A program made the position numbers and the translations under genes. Shown piece by piece: positions 38,028 through 48,860 of a stretch of DNA of 64,000 nt. The DNA is from Gammaproteobacteria bacterium (GTDB taxonomy: Bacteria > Pseudomonadota > Gammaproteobacteria > GCA-001735895): the NCBI GenBank assembly GCA_050298595.1, contig JBNKUM010000085.1, forward strand, positions 32,001 through 96,000, given 5' to 3'. Every line of letters begins with the position of its first letter. The stretch's first letter is position 1. Below the pieces are notes generated by a model that searched no databases, was not told the origin of the DNA, and saw nothing but the letters and a program-made list of their open reading frames with translations.

Positions 38028-38364
38028 TTAAACTAGAATCCGCAGCTGGACGAGTTGTAGTGCATTTGAGGTGGCGTAGATCAAGGCGTGACGACACGAA
38101 ATAGCAAGCTATTCCAGGGGAGTTACAAGGCTTCCGCGTCCTGCTCTCGCCCCTTACCTATGTCCCTATAGGCAAGGCTTCCGCGTCCTGCTCTCGCCCC
38201 TTACCTATGTCCCTATAGGCAACGCAGTGATACACGCCTCAAACGTGCAATTCAGTTCGTAGCGGGATTTACCGATTGGGTGAAAAGATACATCAACTGT
38301 AATGGTTTATAAAACAGCAGGTTACCCTCTTATGCGAGCGGTCAACTGCGGAATCCAGGTTTAA
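38028..38364. mobile_element. MITE-like element related to the one at 32344
   Basis: Imperfect TIR CTAGAATCCGCAGCTG / CAACTGCGGAATCCAG; shares GATCAAGGCG and AATAGCAAGCTATT. Confidence 0.65.
38126..38219. repeat. Perfect 47-bp tandem duplication
   Basis: CAAGGCTTCCGCGTCCTGCTCTCGCCCCTTACCTATGTCCCTATAGG twice. Confidence 0.92.
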
Positions 38365-38412
38365 CTGGCCCTGGCAGATTTGTAACCCATAACTCCGTTT
38401 AGCTTTATTCCC

Positions 38413-39267
38413 TTACTCGCTGGATCTGTGGTAGTGGTACTTTCTTCCAAAAAACATGTCTTTCAATACCGACAGCGGTCCAGCTTCTGGCAGGTATAGT
38501 TTTTCGCTCAAAGGTAGATGTTTTAGATGTTCATCCAGCCCCTTAGTCCTGGTTTTTAACTGTTCTGCCTGAGATACTAGAACCTTCGTGTTTTCATGTA
38601 CTTCATCCCAACTCCTGGAATGCTGACTGGGAGTTGAAGCATCAGATTCAAGATTGTTTTGTGTATCTTTTGATAAGGCTTCAGCCGTTGAATTTATCTC
38701 CGCCGCCACTGCATTTAACTCATCACTGAACTTCCACATTTCAGCCCTCAGCTCTGTTGAACTAACCAGCATACGTCTGATGGACTCATCTTTTGCATCC
38801 AGATAACAGTTAATGACGAGATCCATATCCAGATAGATAATTTTGCTGATAGCCTGAATGATAGAAACTGCCTCATCAGTTTTATCCGCGTAATGCTTGT
38901 ATATAAGACCAATAAATTCACACAGCATCCTGTTGTAACCCCCTATATACCAGTTAGGGGTCAGACCGATGCGGGCATGAGCACGACCTATTCTGGAGGT
39001 CTTCTCGTAAAACGCATTGTCATACTTACCGATAAAAAGTGACTCTATCCAGTGTTGCTTTTGCGCCGCACGCGCTTTGTCAATTTCTGACTTATCTGCA
39101 AACAGAGGTTGCAGCTCCGGCTCATCCAGGATGTGGGAGTAAAGGTTATTAAGAACCTCATCCATGGCTGGCTCTAAAATATCTTTTGCCTGGCGAATCT
39201 GCTGTATCGTTTTATCATCGATACTCAGAAACCTGAGACGCTCTTCCATTAATTCTTTGTATGACAT
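38413..39267 (-). CDS. Protoglobin / globin-coupled sensor-like protein
   Basis: AQKQHW, IGRAHARIGLTPNWYIGGY, DMDL. Confidence 0.85.
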   Translation of the reverse strand: MSYKELMEERLRFLSIDDKTIQQIRQAKDILEPAMDEVLNNLYSHILDEPELQPLFADKSEIDKARAAQKQHWIESLFIGKYDNAFYEKTSRIGRAHARIGLTPNWYIGGYNRMLCEFIGLIYKHYADKTDEAVSIIQAISKIIYLDMDLVINCYLDAKDESIRRMLVSSTELRAEMWKFSDELNAVAAEINSTAEALSKDTQNNLESDASTPSQHSRSWDEVHENTKVLVSQAEQLKTRTKGLDEHLKHLPLSEKLYLPEAGPLSVLKDMFFGRKYHYHRSSE

Positions 39268-39662
39268 ATGCCCCTCTCTTTATTATTCAATAAATAGAAT
39301 AAGTACAAATCAAATACACTATTACGATTTTCACCCTATCATCTCTATTGAATGACAGCTACACTGTTGCTTGATGAGATCTGAAAGCGCTTGATTTTTT
39401 ATTATTATGTTTCGGTTTTAGCTGCTAATTTTCAAACAAATCATAGATTACCACAATGGAAACAATATATTCATGGACTTAGATTTAAATTTTACATATA
39501 TTTTCACTTTGTACCTTAAAATCATAAATCATATTGAAAATCTTAAGAATTACTTAGCTAGATTATTATAAGTTACCATCTGCTATAGCCTAAAATACTA
39601 TTTTTTCTATGATTTCCACCGCTACATTTGCATCTGCCAATCGAAGTTAAAAGAAGTTTTAA

Positions 39663-40052
39663 ATGAAAACTGTCAGTGACATTATGTCGACCTCAGTCAG
39701 AACGATTCATCGTGACATCTCGGTTTGCGATTTAGAGGAAATCTTTGTTACCTACAAGATCAGCGGAGGCCCTGTTATTGATAACTCAGGGAGTCTGCTG
39801 GGCTTCGTATCAAAGTCAGATGTTACACGTTTTGACTCCACAGGCGAGGACCCGAATTATACAAGTGTGTTTGAAATTGCAAGCCCAATAGTGATCATCA
39901 TTTCACCTGAAGCCACTATTGAAGAGGCGGCTCAAAAGATGCTCGAACAGCAGGTGCATCACCTGATTGTAACAAAGGGCGAGGAACTGGTAGGAATTTT
40001 GTCTTCGCTGGACTTTGTCAAATTTGTTGCATCAAATTTCTGCCATAATTAA
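39663..40052 (+). CDS. CBS domain protein
   Basis: Tandem CBS pattern: VSDIMS, GFVSKSD, GILSSLD. Confidence 0.88.
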   Translation: MKTVSDIMSTSVRTIHRDISVCDLEEIFVTYKISGGPVIDNSGSLLGFVSKSDVTRFDSTGEDPNYTSVFEIASPIVIIISPEATIEEAAQKMLEQQVHHLIVTKGEELVGILSSLDFVKFVASNFCHN

Positions 40053-40090
40053 TCCTTCCTGATTGCCCCTAAGTTTCAGGCCTTAATTAA

Positions 40091-40564
40091 TTACTTTCTA
40101 TCAGCAGGACTACGCTGCTCTGGAAGGACCTTATTGGCGAAATAACGATCGGCATCTTCAATATCAACGGGTTGTTCTTCGATATCTACCAAAGGCAGTT
40201 CATAGTCGCTCCATCCGCGTAGACCTGTCTTCAAGGATATGACATTTTCATAGCCCATCAACTGCATGGTATATGCTGCAAGCGTGGTACGGTTACCAGA
40301 GCGACACACCAGCACGACTGGCCTGTCTCTGGCTTCTACTAACTCAGGTTCGGTTTCTTCGAAATTCCATTCACAGGCATTTTCCAGGATACCGCGTGGC
40401 ACATTCACTGAATCCTCTATATGCATGGTGTCGTATTCGTGGGTCTCACGGATATCGACGATTAGCGTTTCTGGGTGAGCTTCAAGGTATTCTTCCACAT
40501 CCCAGGGCATCATTTCCGTTATCTGAGGTGCAATTTCGGCTGCGATCTGAGCAAAGGTTTTCAT
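40091..40564 (-). CDS. Rhodanese-like sulfurtransferase
   Basis: VDIRE, VPRGILE, CRSGNR. Confidence 0.9.
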   Translation of the reverse strand: MKTFAQIAAEIAPQITEMMPWDVEEYLEAHPETLIVDIRETHEYDTMHIEDSVNVPRGILENACEWNFEETEPELVEARDRPVVLVCRSGNRTTLAAYTMQLMGYENVISLKTGLRGWSDYELPLVDIEEQPVDIEDADRYFANKVLPEQRSPADRK

Positions 40565-40703
40565 AGGTAATCTGCTAGCTTGGTAACGCGAATCAGCTTA
40601 GCTTAAAAGAAACTCAAACTCTATCTCACCCATGAGATATGAAAGATAAGAACATTACCTTCTCTCAACAAAGTCATCGAAGAACATATACCTGCCAGAA
40701 TAT

Positions 40704-41186
40704 CTACAAACTATCCAGTATGGTTTGAGCATCACTAACCTTAAACTCGCCCGCAGCTTCCACATTGAGCAATTCAACAATGCCATTATTCACGATCATC
40801 GCGTAGCGCTGAGACCTTATGCCCATGCCACGAGCTACAGCATCCAGTTCCAGTCCAACCGCCTGGGTAAAAAGTGCACTGCCATCAGCCAACATTAAAA
40901 TTTTATCTTCGACATTCTGGTCAACAGCCCAGGCACCCATAACAAATGCATCATTGACCGAAAGGCATACAATCTGATCCACACCCTTTGCGAACAGTTC
41001 ATCAGATTTCATCAGATATCCCGGTACATGAGCTTGAGAGCAGGTTGGGGTAAAGGCCCCAGGTAAGGCAAAAAGAACCACTTTCTTATTGTTAAAAATC
41101 TCGTCAGTAGTTATTTCAGCCGGACCCTTATCAGTCATATGATACAAAGTCACTGAAGGAATTTTATCGCCAACCTGGATAGTCAT
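40704..41186 (-). CDS. Peroxiredoxin (Prx5 type)
   Basis: PGAFTPTCS, SVNDAFVMGAW. Confidence 0.95.
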   Translation of the reverse strand: MTIQVGDKIPSVTLYHMTDKGPAEITTDEIFNNKKVVLFALPGAFTPTCSQAHVPGYLMKSDELFAKGVDQIVCLSVNDAFVMGAWAVDQNVEDKILMLADGSALFTQAVGLELDAVARGMGIRSQRYAMIVNNGIVELLNVEAAGEFKVSDAQTILDSL

Positions 41187-41460
41187 AACAATTTTCTCTT
41201 TCGTTAGTTTTATTAAAGACTATTATAAATTTGATAGCGATTCTAAAAAACCATAATTTTTTATGTACAGCAGAAAACAGATACAACTTTAATATTGGGT
41301 TGCGCAAACAGGTAATACTCAAAATGCGAGAGCTGAAGCCTGCTCGAACTATGACCTAAGAGGTAATAAGCGTATGCTGTTCTAAGAAATAAAATATCTG
41401 AAGCGGAAAAGCATGAGCTATGGTTGAAATTAATCATTCAAACCCAACCTGCGAAACAAT

Positions 41461-42519
41461 ATGACCTTATTATTAATCTACCTGACCATCGCTATCGGGG
41501 TCTCATTTCTTTGCTCTATTCTCGAGGCTGTGCTGTTATCAATCACGCCAAGCTATGTAGAGAAATTGAGCAATGAGCATCCCAGAACAGGTGCAAGGCT
41601 TACCAAAGTGCGTGACCGGCTGGACGAGTCTCTTTCCAGCATCCTGATCCTTAACACCTTTGCTCACACTATGGGTGCGGCCGGAGTGGGTTCTCAGGCG
41701 CTACAAATATTCGGGGCACGTTGGGAAACACCTATCGCCATAGTTCTCACACTCATTATTCTGTATTTCTCTGAGATCATCCCCAAAACACTGGGGGCCA
41801 ATTTCTGGCGTCAACTGGCGATACCGGCATCATGGATTATTGGCTGGCTGGTTAAACTGGTTTACCCGCTGGTGTGGACAGCCACACGTCTTACTCGTCT
41901 GTTTAATAGCAAACAGAACGATGGTGTAACAAAAGAAGAAATCATTGCCATGGCATCTCTGGGCCATAAAGGGGGGACTCTCGATTCTCAGGAAAATGAA
42001 TATCTCTCGAATGTACTTAGCCTGCGTGAAAAAACTACCGAAGATGTGCTAACTCCTCGCACAGTAGTTCACATGCTGCAACGCAATACGACTGTTAGTA
42101 CAGCGTTGGAAATTTCTGAAACCAAAAAGTTTTCACGCATGCCTGTGTATGGCATAGATATTGATGATATTCGAGGCAAGGTACTGCGTACAGATCTGTA
42201 TGAGGCGGAACGATCAGGCCACGGTTCAGATCCTGTCAGCAACTACACCCGACCAATTTTCCGAATTTCGGAAAAACTCCCTGTGTACCAGTTACTCGAC
42301 CTGTTTATCAAGAAACATGCTCATTTATTCCTCGTAGATGATGAGTTTGGACAAACCTCAGGAGTAGTCACTCTGGAAGATGCCATCGAAACCTTACTGG
42401 GTCGTGAGATTCTTGATGAAAGCGATACAGTGACTGACATGCAGGAACTGGCTCGCGATAAATATCGCGAAAGGCTACGCGAAATCAAGCGGCAAACTGA
42501 GGCCGAAAACGACAGCTAA
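41461..42519 (+). CDS. CNNM/DUF21-CBS membrane protein
   Basis: SFLCSILEA, SEIIPKT, TPR, FSRMPV, VTLEDAIE. Confidence 0.9.
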   Translation: MTLLLIYLTIAIGVSFLCSILEAVLLSITPSYVEKLSNEHPRTGARLTKVRDRLDESLSSILILNTFAHTMGAAGVGSQALQIFGARWETPIAIVLTLIILYFSEIIPKTLGANFWRQLAIPASWIIGWLVKLVYPLVWTATRLTRLFNSKQNDGVTKEEIIAMASLGHKGGTLDSQENEYLSNVLSLREKTTEDVLTPRTVVHMLQRNTTVSTALEISETKKFSRMPVYGIDIDDIRGKVLRTDLYEAERSGHGSDPVSNYTRPIFRISEKLPVYQLLDLFIKKHAHLFLVDDEFGQTSGVVTLEDAIETLLGREILDESDTVTDMQELARDKYRERLREIKRQTEAENDS

Positions 42520-42758
42520 ATATTGGAAAAACATACCCGGTCTATACATTCGATCTTCAGGACGAAACGGGCCTGAGTGACTTAGATCGACCCGAATGAG
42601 CTGAAACCCTAATTAACCACGAAGGGCTCGAAGAGTATTACTCGTTCACATACTCCGCGTGGGAATGCATAAGAAGGGGTTTGACCTCAGCTCCTCTGGA
42701 AACATGAAAGTGAACTGTAATACTACAGTTTAAGTCATAATCACGAGCTAAACCCGGA

Positions 42759-43130
42759 TCAAAAAAATCCAACAGATGCTGAGGTAAAACTCAATGGCAC
42801 CAGTGCCTGAGCTTCAAATTCAATGCCGCTCCATCCCGATTGCATAAACTGGCGAATATTGGCGTGATCATCAGCATCCGGGGTTTCCAGTACAGCTCGA
42901 TATATCTCGCCAAAACAATTTAACGTCTGTAACTCATCCAGCTGATGGATCTGAGCAAAACTGAATATCTTGCAGGATCCGTTATTTTGATCAGCACTGT
43001 TTTGCTGTTCTCCATTACGAAAAGCCGTCGGAGTAAATTTGTATAGAGAATCGATTAACTCTATGCTGTCAGCAAACTGAATCGATTCGGGAATTTGCTG
43101 TAATCGGGTAATAAAGGTTTTTAGATCCAT
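42759..43130 (-). CDS. HopJ-family protein
   Basis: NNGSCKIFSFA, DHANIRQF; likely start ATG 43130. Confidence 0.85.
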   Translation of the reverse strand: MDLKTFITRLQQIPESIQFADSIELIDSLYKFTPTAFRNGEQQNSADQNNGSCKIFSFAQIHQLDELQTLNCFGEIYRAVLETPDADDHANIRQFMQSGWSGIEFEAQALVPLSFTSASVGFF

Positions 43131-43243
43131 AGTTAATGCTCTGTTTATATACAAACGGGTGTCAATCCATTCTACCCCCTCTCAAGCAATCACAACAGCA
43201 TCGTTAAAACCATGAATAACTGACTATTGACCCGGATGAAAGG

Positions 43244-43693
43244 CTAAGGTTGTTTTTCCCCCAGCTTCTCAATCAGTTTATCCATCTTTTCTAATACTGA
43301 TTGATAATGAGTCTGCAGAGCATCGCCATCTGGTAAACTACCGAGATCTACGCTCTCAATCTCCTTAAGTTGTTGCAGCAATTCAGAGATCATTGCACGG
43401 TCCTGCGGATCTACCTCGGCAACAGACTTCATAGCCTCTATCGCGGTTTCAATTTCACGATGTGCCCGCCGTCGCTCCTGAACATAGGCTTTTTCCAGCG
43501 CCAGGGTTTGCTCCAGTTTTACTTTCGCATTCACCAGAGGGGTCCTTCCCGGGGCATAGTAATTGGGCTCATGTTTGCGCATCCACAGTCCTGCCCCAAT
43601 AATACCTGCCAGCACTAATACCAGAGCCAGGATCAAGCCATGTTTTTTTACTGACTGACTTGCGGTACTGGATGTTGTGTTTCCTTTGCTCAT
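43244..43693 (-). CDS. Hypothetical membrane-anchored helical protein
   Basis: One N-terminal TM followed by a helical region. Confidence 0.65.
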   Translation of the reverse strand: MSKGNTTSSTASQSVKKHGLILALVLVLAGIIGAGLWMRKHEPNYYAPGRTPLVNAKVKLEQTLALEKAYVQERRRAHREIETAIEAMKSVAEVDPQDRAMISELLQQLKEIESVDLGSLPDGDALQTHYQSVLEKMDKLIEKLGEKQP

Positions 43694-43976
43694 ACGCCTT
43701 CCATGATTTGTCTGCGATAGATCATTAATTCTCTCGAGTGCCGGGTTATATGTTTTTAGATTAACTGCTCAATCAGTAATGTTTGACCAACCCATTTCTG
43801 CATAGTAGCGGGGCGGTAAACGTCTGATTAATGTTAGCATTAAAGGCTTTGATGCGAAAACTATCTAAAGATTCACTGCCATCTTCATCCGAAGCTCAAA
43901 CAGTTTTTTCATCTCAGCACCGGTAATGAGAAGTCCGCCTTGCGATAATCGCTTACTCTATTTATAGTTAACCTTC

Positions 43977-44061
43977 CTCAACGGGGTGCTCGACAGAGCT
44001 GAGAGGTGGTTACACCAACCCGATGAACCTGATCCAGTTAGCACTGGCGTAGGGATGTGAG
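43977..44061 (+). ncRNA. TPP riboswitch
   Basis: GGGGTGC...GCTGAGA...ACCCG...ACCTGATC...GCGTAGGGA directly upstream of thiB. Confidence 0.93.
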
Positions 44062-44125
44062 TGAATCCTGTTACGATCTCCCCATCTCTCCGATTATTCT
44101 ACATTCATACAATTGGAGTCCATTT

Positions 44126-45145
44126 ATGTTCTCAAGTTTTTCCCGGCCATTGCAGTTATGTCTTGCGGCCATCCTCAGTATTACACTGTCAGGCCAGGCG
44201 CTTGCCGCAAAACCAGCACTTACCGTCTATACCTATGACTCTTTCACCAGCGAATGGGGGCCGGGCCCAAAGGTTAAGCAGGCCTTTGAACAGCAATGCA
44301 ATTGCGAGCTTAAATTCGTCGGTCTGGAAGATGGTGTATCTCTACTGAGTCGATTAAAACTCGAAGGCAGCAATACCAGTGCCGATATTGTATTGGGTCT
44401 GGACACCAACCTGACAGCAGATGCTCGCGCCACCGGCCTGTTTGAAACGCATGGTATGAGCATGACCAACTCAACCTTACCAACCTCATGGAATGATAAA
44501 ACTTTTCTGCCTTATGACTATGGCTATTTCGCCTTTGTTTATAACAAGGAGAAATTAAAGTCTCCACCTACCAGCCTTAAACAGCTGGTAGAAGATCCAC
44601 AGGCACCCAATATTCTGATTCAGGATCCTCGCACCAGTACTCCTGGCCTGGGGCTATTGTTATGGGTGAAAAAGGTATATGGCGATAAAGCTGGCGAAGC
44701 CTGGGCCAAACTGTCTAAAAGGATAGTCACCGTGAGCAAAGGCTGGAGCGAGGCCTATGGCCTGTTTCTGAAGGATGAAGCCCCTATGGTCCTCAGCTAT
44801 ACTACGTCACCCGCTTACCACATCATCGCCGAGAAGGATCAACGCTTCGCTGCTGCACGTTTTTCCGAAGGCCATTACCAGCAAATTGAAGTTGCCGGAC
44901 TGATAAAGTCCAGCACGAACAAAGCCCTGGCACGGGAATTCCTCTCTTTCATGTTGAGTGAAAAATTTCAGGCTATCATTCCCACCACTAACTGGATGTA
45001 TCCTGCACAACTCGACCCCGCCAAATTACCCGAGGCGTTCGGAAGCCTGATCGATCCATCTCCGGCCCTGCTGTTTAACGACGATGAAATCGCTACACAG
45101 CGTAAGCAATGGGTTAACGAGTGGCTTGAGGCCCTGGCTAAATAG
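44126..45145 (+). CDS. thiB: Thiamine ABC transporter binding protein
   Basis: YTYDSFTSEWGPG, DPRTSTPG, SYTTSPAYH; GGAG RBS before ATG 44126. Confidence 0.95.
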   Translation: MFSSFSRPLQLCLAAILSITLSGQALAAKPALTVYTYDSFTSEWGPGPKVKQAFEQQCNCELKFVGLEDGVSLLSRLKLEGSNTSADIVLGLDTNLTADARATGLFETHGMSMTNSTLPTSWNDKTFLPYDYGYFAFVYNKEKLKSPPTSLKQLVEDPQAPNILIQDPRTSTPGLGLLLWVKKVYGDKAGEAWAKLSKRIVTVSKGWSEAYGLFLKDEAPMVLSYTTSPAYHIIAEKDQRFAAARFSEGHYQQIEVAGLIKSSTNKALAREFLSFMLSEKFQAIIPTTNWMYPAQLDPAKLPEAFGSLIDPSPALLFNDDEIATQRKQWVNEWLEALAK

Positions 45146-45161
45146 TTAAGGCTCAATAAAA

Positions 45162-46718
45162 ATGTCGCCTTCGCGCAGCGCCTATCCAGTACTCGGCATT
45201 CTGGCACTCATAGTGCTAGCACCTATGTCGAGTCTGTTGCTGTTAGGTGGCGAGGGTTTTTCGCTCAGCGAAATTATTCACAGCCAGTATATGCGTCGTG
45301 TATTAGGTTTCAGTCTGTGGCAGGCATTCCTCTCCAGTCTGATCAGTGTCAGCCTTGCTATCCTGGTAACACGAGCTCTGGCCCATTTTGGCGAATTCCC
45401 GTTACGCAATGTGTTACTCAAACTGTTTGCACTACCTTTGGTCGTGCCTTCAGTAGTTGTCGTCATGGGTATAGTTTCGGTTTATGGAAGCCATGGCTGG
45501 ATTCCACTGGGACGCGAACTGTATGGCTTGAATGGCATACTGCTTGCGCACGTGTTTTTTAATCTACCACTGGCCGTTCGATTATTACTACCCGCCTGGC
45601 AATCCATTCCCTCCCCACACTGGCGACTGAGTGAACAAATTGGCTTTACTCAATGGCAACAATGGAAATATCTCGAATGGCCTGCCCTGCGTGAAAATCT
45701 GCCTGGCGTGGCACTTCTCGTCTTTATGCTTTGCCTGACCAGTTTTGCTGTGGTACTGACTCTGGGTGGAGGGCCCCGAAGCACTACACTGGAGGTTGCC
45801 ATCTATCAGTCATTACGTTTCGATTTTGATCCGCCCCGGGCAGTATTTCTGGCACTTCTACAACTGGGCCTTTGCTCTGTAGTGGCCTGGCTCAGCTCTC
45901 GTTTCCATAAACTGCCAGACGTAGAAATCACCATAGCTAATACCAGAATGGATACTCGACTGAACCGCAGCTGGATCAACACAGTGACCATAGCACTGGC
46001 CGTATTTTTCATCACGATGCCATTATTGGCAATGGCAATAGATGCCCTTAAAGGTTCTTTGTTTGAAGTATTATCCAGCCAGAGCCTGTGGCAGGCAGCA
46101 ATATTTACTCTTTTTATAGGGCTGAGTGCATCGTTTCTATCAGTGAGTGCTGCAGGATTATTGCTTGCGACCAGCACCGATCTGGCATTGATGGGTAACA
46201 AGCGCAAAGCTTCGTTGATCGAATTTGCCGGATCAATTGTTTATCTGGTGCCGCCTCTGGTGATAGGCACGGGACTTTTTGTATTAATGGCACCTCATTT
46301 GAATGTTTTCGACTGGGCCATCCCAGTAGTGATTCTGATCAACGCCATGATGGGGCTGCCATTTGTAATCCGTACCCTGGGACCCGCCATGCGCCAGAGT
46401 AAAATGCGTTATCAACATCTAAGCCAGAGCCTTGCACTATCTGGCTGGAACCATTTCAAAATTGTTGACTGGCCGTTACTGCGTAAACCGATTGGTCTTT
46501 CCTGTGCGCTGGTTGCAGCCTTATCTATGGGAGACCTCGGTGTCATCGCGTTATTCGGCACACCCGACACCACTACCCTACCTTTATTACTATACCATCA
46601 ACTGGCCGCTTACCTGATTCCACAGGCTGCGGTAACTGCAGCATTTTTGCTGGCTTTCTGTTTACTGGTATTCTGGTTGCTGGAAGCCGGTCTGGGAGGT
46701 GGTAAACAGCATGCTTAG
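45162..46718 (+). CDS. thiP: Thiamine ABC transporter permease
   Basis: LAHVFFNLPL, LGGGPRSTTLEVAIYQ. Confidence 0.92.
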   Translation: MSPSRSAYPVLGILALIVLAPMSSLLLLGGEGFSLSEIIHSQYMRRVLGFSLWQAFLSSLISVSLAILVTRALAHFGEFPLRNVLLKLFALPLVVPSVVVVMGIVSVYGSHGWIPLGRELYGLNGILLAHVFFNLPLAVRLLLPAWQSIPSPHWRLSEQIGFTQWQQWKYLEWPALRENLPGVALLVFMLCLTSFAVVLTLGGGPRSTTLEVAIYQSLRFDFDPPRAVFLALLQLGLCSVVAWLSSRFHKLPDVEITIANTRMDTRLNRSWINTVTIALAVFFITMPLLAMAIDALKGSLFEVLSSQSLWQAAIFTLFIGLSASFLSVSAAGLLLATSTDLALMGNKRKASLIEFAGSIVYLVPPLVIGTGLFVLMAPHLNVFDWAIPVVILINAMMGLPFVIRTLGPAMRQSKMRYQHLSQSLALSGWNHFKIVDWPLLRKPIGLSCALVAALSMGDLGVIALFGTPDTTTLPLLLYHQLAAYLIPQAAVTAAFLLAFCLLVFWLLEAGLGGGKQHA

Positions 46719-47424
46719 CATTAAACAGTTGAAATTTAGCTATGACACGCCTCAACAGGACAACAGCATGTGTTTTGACCTGGAGGTCAATACTGGTGAA
46801 GTGATGAGCCTGATAGGACCGAGTGGCTCGGGTAAAAGTACATTGCTCAATCTGATTGCCGGTTTTCTGACGGCCAGTAGCGGAGTAATACAGGTAGGCG
46901 CAGACCAGATTCAGACACTTGAACCGGGCAAGCGTCCAGTTACCATCGTATTCCAGGAACACAATCTGTTTCCTCATCTTGATGTTTGTACCAATGTTGC
47001 TATCGGTATACAACCGTCATTAAAGCTCACCGCACAACAACAGGATGAAGTCATGCAGGCTTTACAAAAGCTGAGCCTTGAGGGACTGTATAAACGCAAA
47101 CCGGGGCAGCTTTCCGGAGGGCAGAGGCAACGCGTAGCACTCGCGCGCGCATTGGTACGCAAGCACGAAATCCTGTTGCTCGACGAGCCCTTCGCCGCAT
47201 TGGGTCCATCATTACGTGAAGAGATGATAGAACAGGTAAAACAGCTGGTACAGAACCAGAATATGACCGCCCTGCTAGTCAGTCATCAACCGGCAGACGC
47301 TTTACTTGCTTCACAACGCATAGCTTTTATCAACAAGGGTCAGGTAATCGAAGTGGAAGCCACTCAACATCTGCTAAACCATTCCGAGAACGCCGACATC
47401 CGGCAATATCTGGGGACAAAGTGA
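46711..47424 (+). CDS. thiQ: Thiamine ABC transporter ATPase
   Basis: GPSGSGKS, FQEHNLFPHL, LSGGQRQR. Confidence 0.92.
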   Translation: MLSIKQLKFSYDTPQQDNSMCFDLEVNTGEVMSLIGPSGSGKSTLLNLIAGFLTASSGVIQVGADQIQTLEPGKRPVTIVFQEHNLFPHLDVCTNVAIGIQPSLKLTAQQQDEVMQALQKLSLEGLYKRKPGQLSGGQRQRVALARALVRKHEILLLDEPFAALGPSLREEMIEQVKQLVQNQNMTALLVSHQPADALLASQRIAFINKGQVIEVEATQHLLNHSENADIRQYLGTK

Positions 47425-48227
47425 AAGAGCTTAAACACGCTTTTGAACGCATCCCCTTACTGAAAGACTACCAGCCAGCCGATTTTAAAATCCAGCGCCT
47501 GCCTGGATTAACCAACCATAGTTTTCATTTAAAAAACCTCGAAAACGACTGGGTGTTGCGTATCCCCAAAATGGATACCAATTGCTACATAGACCGCAAG
47601 GCCGAAGCCATCAACAACAATATTGCGATACAGCTAAAACTCGCACCAAGCTGCCTTTGGCGTGATGACAGCGGACTAAGCCTGACAACGACATTATGTC
47701 ATACACAATCACCCACAGCACAGGATTTAAGCAACCCGGAAATACTCAGCTCGGTACTGAAGAAACTGAAAATTTTGCACACTAGCAAACAGAATTTTCA
47801 CGGTCGCGTCAATATCAGGGCATTAATTAAACGTTACTTTTCCTTAATTCCTTCTCAGCAACAACCATTAATATCTCACGATTTCTCAAACGCTCTGGAA
47901 CGTCTGATCAGCATCGAAAAAAAGGATCTCACTCTGACCCCTTCACATAATGATCTCATACTCCAGAATCTGCTAATCAATGCGAACAGTCAGATCTGGT
48001 TTATAGACTGGGAATATTCATCAATGGCATCACCCTACTGGGATCTTGCCACCCTGTGCAATGCCGCAGATTTCGATCTTGAGCAATCATTCAATTTACT
48101 GAATATTTACCACAACCAGCAGAACATTTCGGATATTGATCTACTCATGGATTACCGTTATGTACTACAGGTTTTGAGCCAGTGCTGGATGATGGCTTTT
48201 AACAAGAATGCAGCTGTCCAAACTTAA
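47421..48227 (+). CDS. Choline/thiamine kinase-like phosphotransferase
   Basis: GLTN, HNDL...N, IDWEYS; coupled to thiQ. Confidence 0.8.
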   Translation: MKELKHAFERIPLLKDYQPADFKIQRLPGLTNHSFHLKNLENDWVLRIPKMDTNCYIDRKAEAINNNIAIQLKLAPSCLWRDDSGLSLTTTLCHTQSPTAQDLSNPEILSSVLKKLKILHTSKQNFHGRVNIRALIKRYFSLIPSQQQPLISHDFSNALERLISIEKKDLTLTPSHNDLILQNLLINANSQIWFIDWEYSSMASPYWDLATLCNAADFDLEQSFNLLNIYHNQQNISDIDLLMDYRYVLQVLSQCWMMAFNKNAAVQT

Positions 48228-48860
48228 CAGCCTTACCCCTGTACCCCATGCAACTGGAGCTATTGCTCAGCTCGTATCAAATATCCAGGCCAACCCAACT
48301 CAGGATAGCGCTGTACTTTGCCAATTTCCTGAGCTTGAATCTCAAGTTTTTTTTCGTATCTCCGAGAGCGAGCAGGATACTTCAGCGGTAGAGATAGCTG
48401 ATTGACTGGAGGTTACAGATCACTCCTGGGCCTTGCTATTGAAGCTCCCCAGCAGTCGGTCAATTGTTGCCAGTTGCTGTATTTTGGCATTGGGGTTTTC
48501 CAGCAACTCGGCTAGCATATAGGCGAGCAAAGAAAAGGCTGTAAATATGATTAGCGCAGACGTGGTCAGCTCGAATATCCTGTAGCCTGCCAAATTGTGT
48601 AACAGCAGAGTTAGACCCCTTATAACGAAAGGTTTGATAATATTATTCACCTGATACCCCCTTTTTTGTTTTTTTGAATGAGCATTCATTCTCTTTCCAG
48701 AGATACTAATTCAACCTTTTATATATCCAGGGTCGTTAGAACATTTTATATGAGACACAATGATTCTGCCGTTTATCCCAACTTCTCATGATGTCCGGGT
48801 ATCGTATTTATGGCCTGTAGTGTTAAACTTTCTAAATCATTTAACACATAGAGAATAATA

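Noticed and set aside
38126-38219. CRISPR array
   Set aside because: Two adjacent copies with no spacer, and no cas genes
39371-39410. FNR box upstream of the globin gene
   Set aside because: TTGAT half-sites lack a correctly spaced ATCAA
42610-42690. REP-like remnants (CTCCGCGTGGGAATGC)
   Set aside because: Single degenerate copy that cannot be supported from this window
42759-43130. Type III effector
   Set aside because: HopJ-family proteins occur widely in non-pathogens and there is no T3SS context
48208-48689. Short ORFs between the kinase and the dehydrogenase
   Set aside because: No recognisable motifs; possibly spurious or decayed
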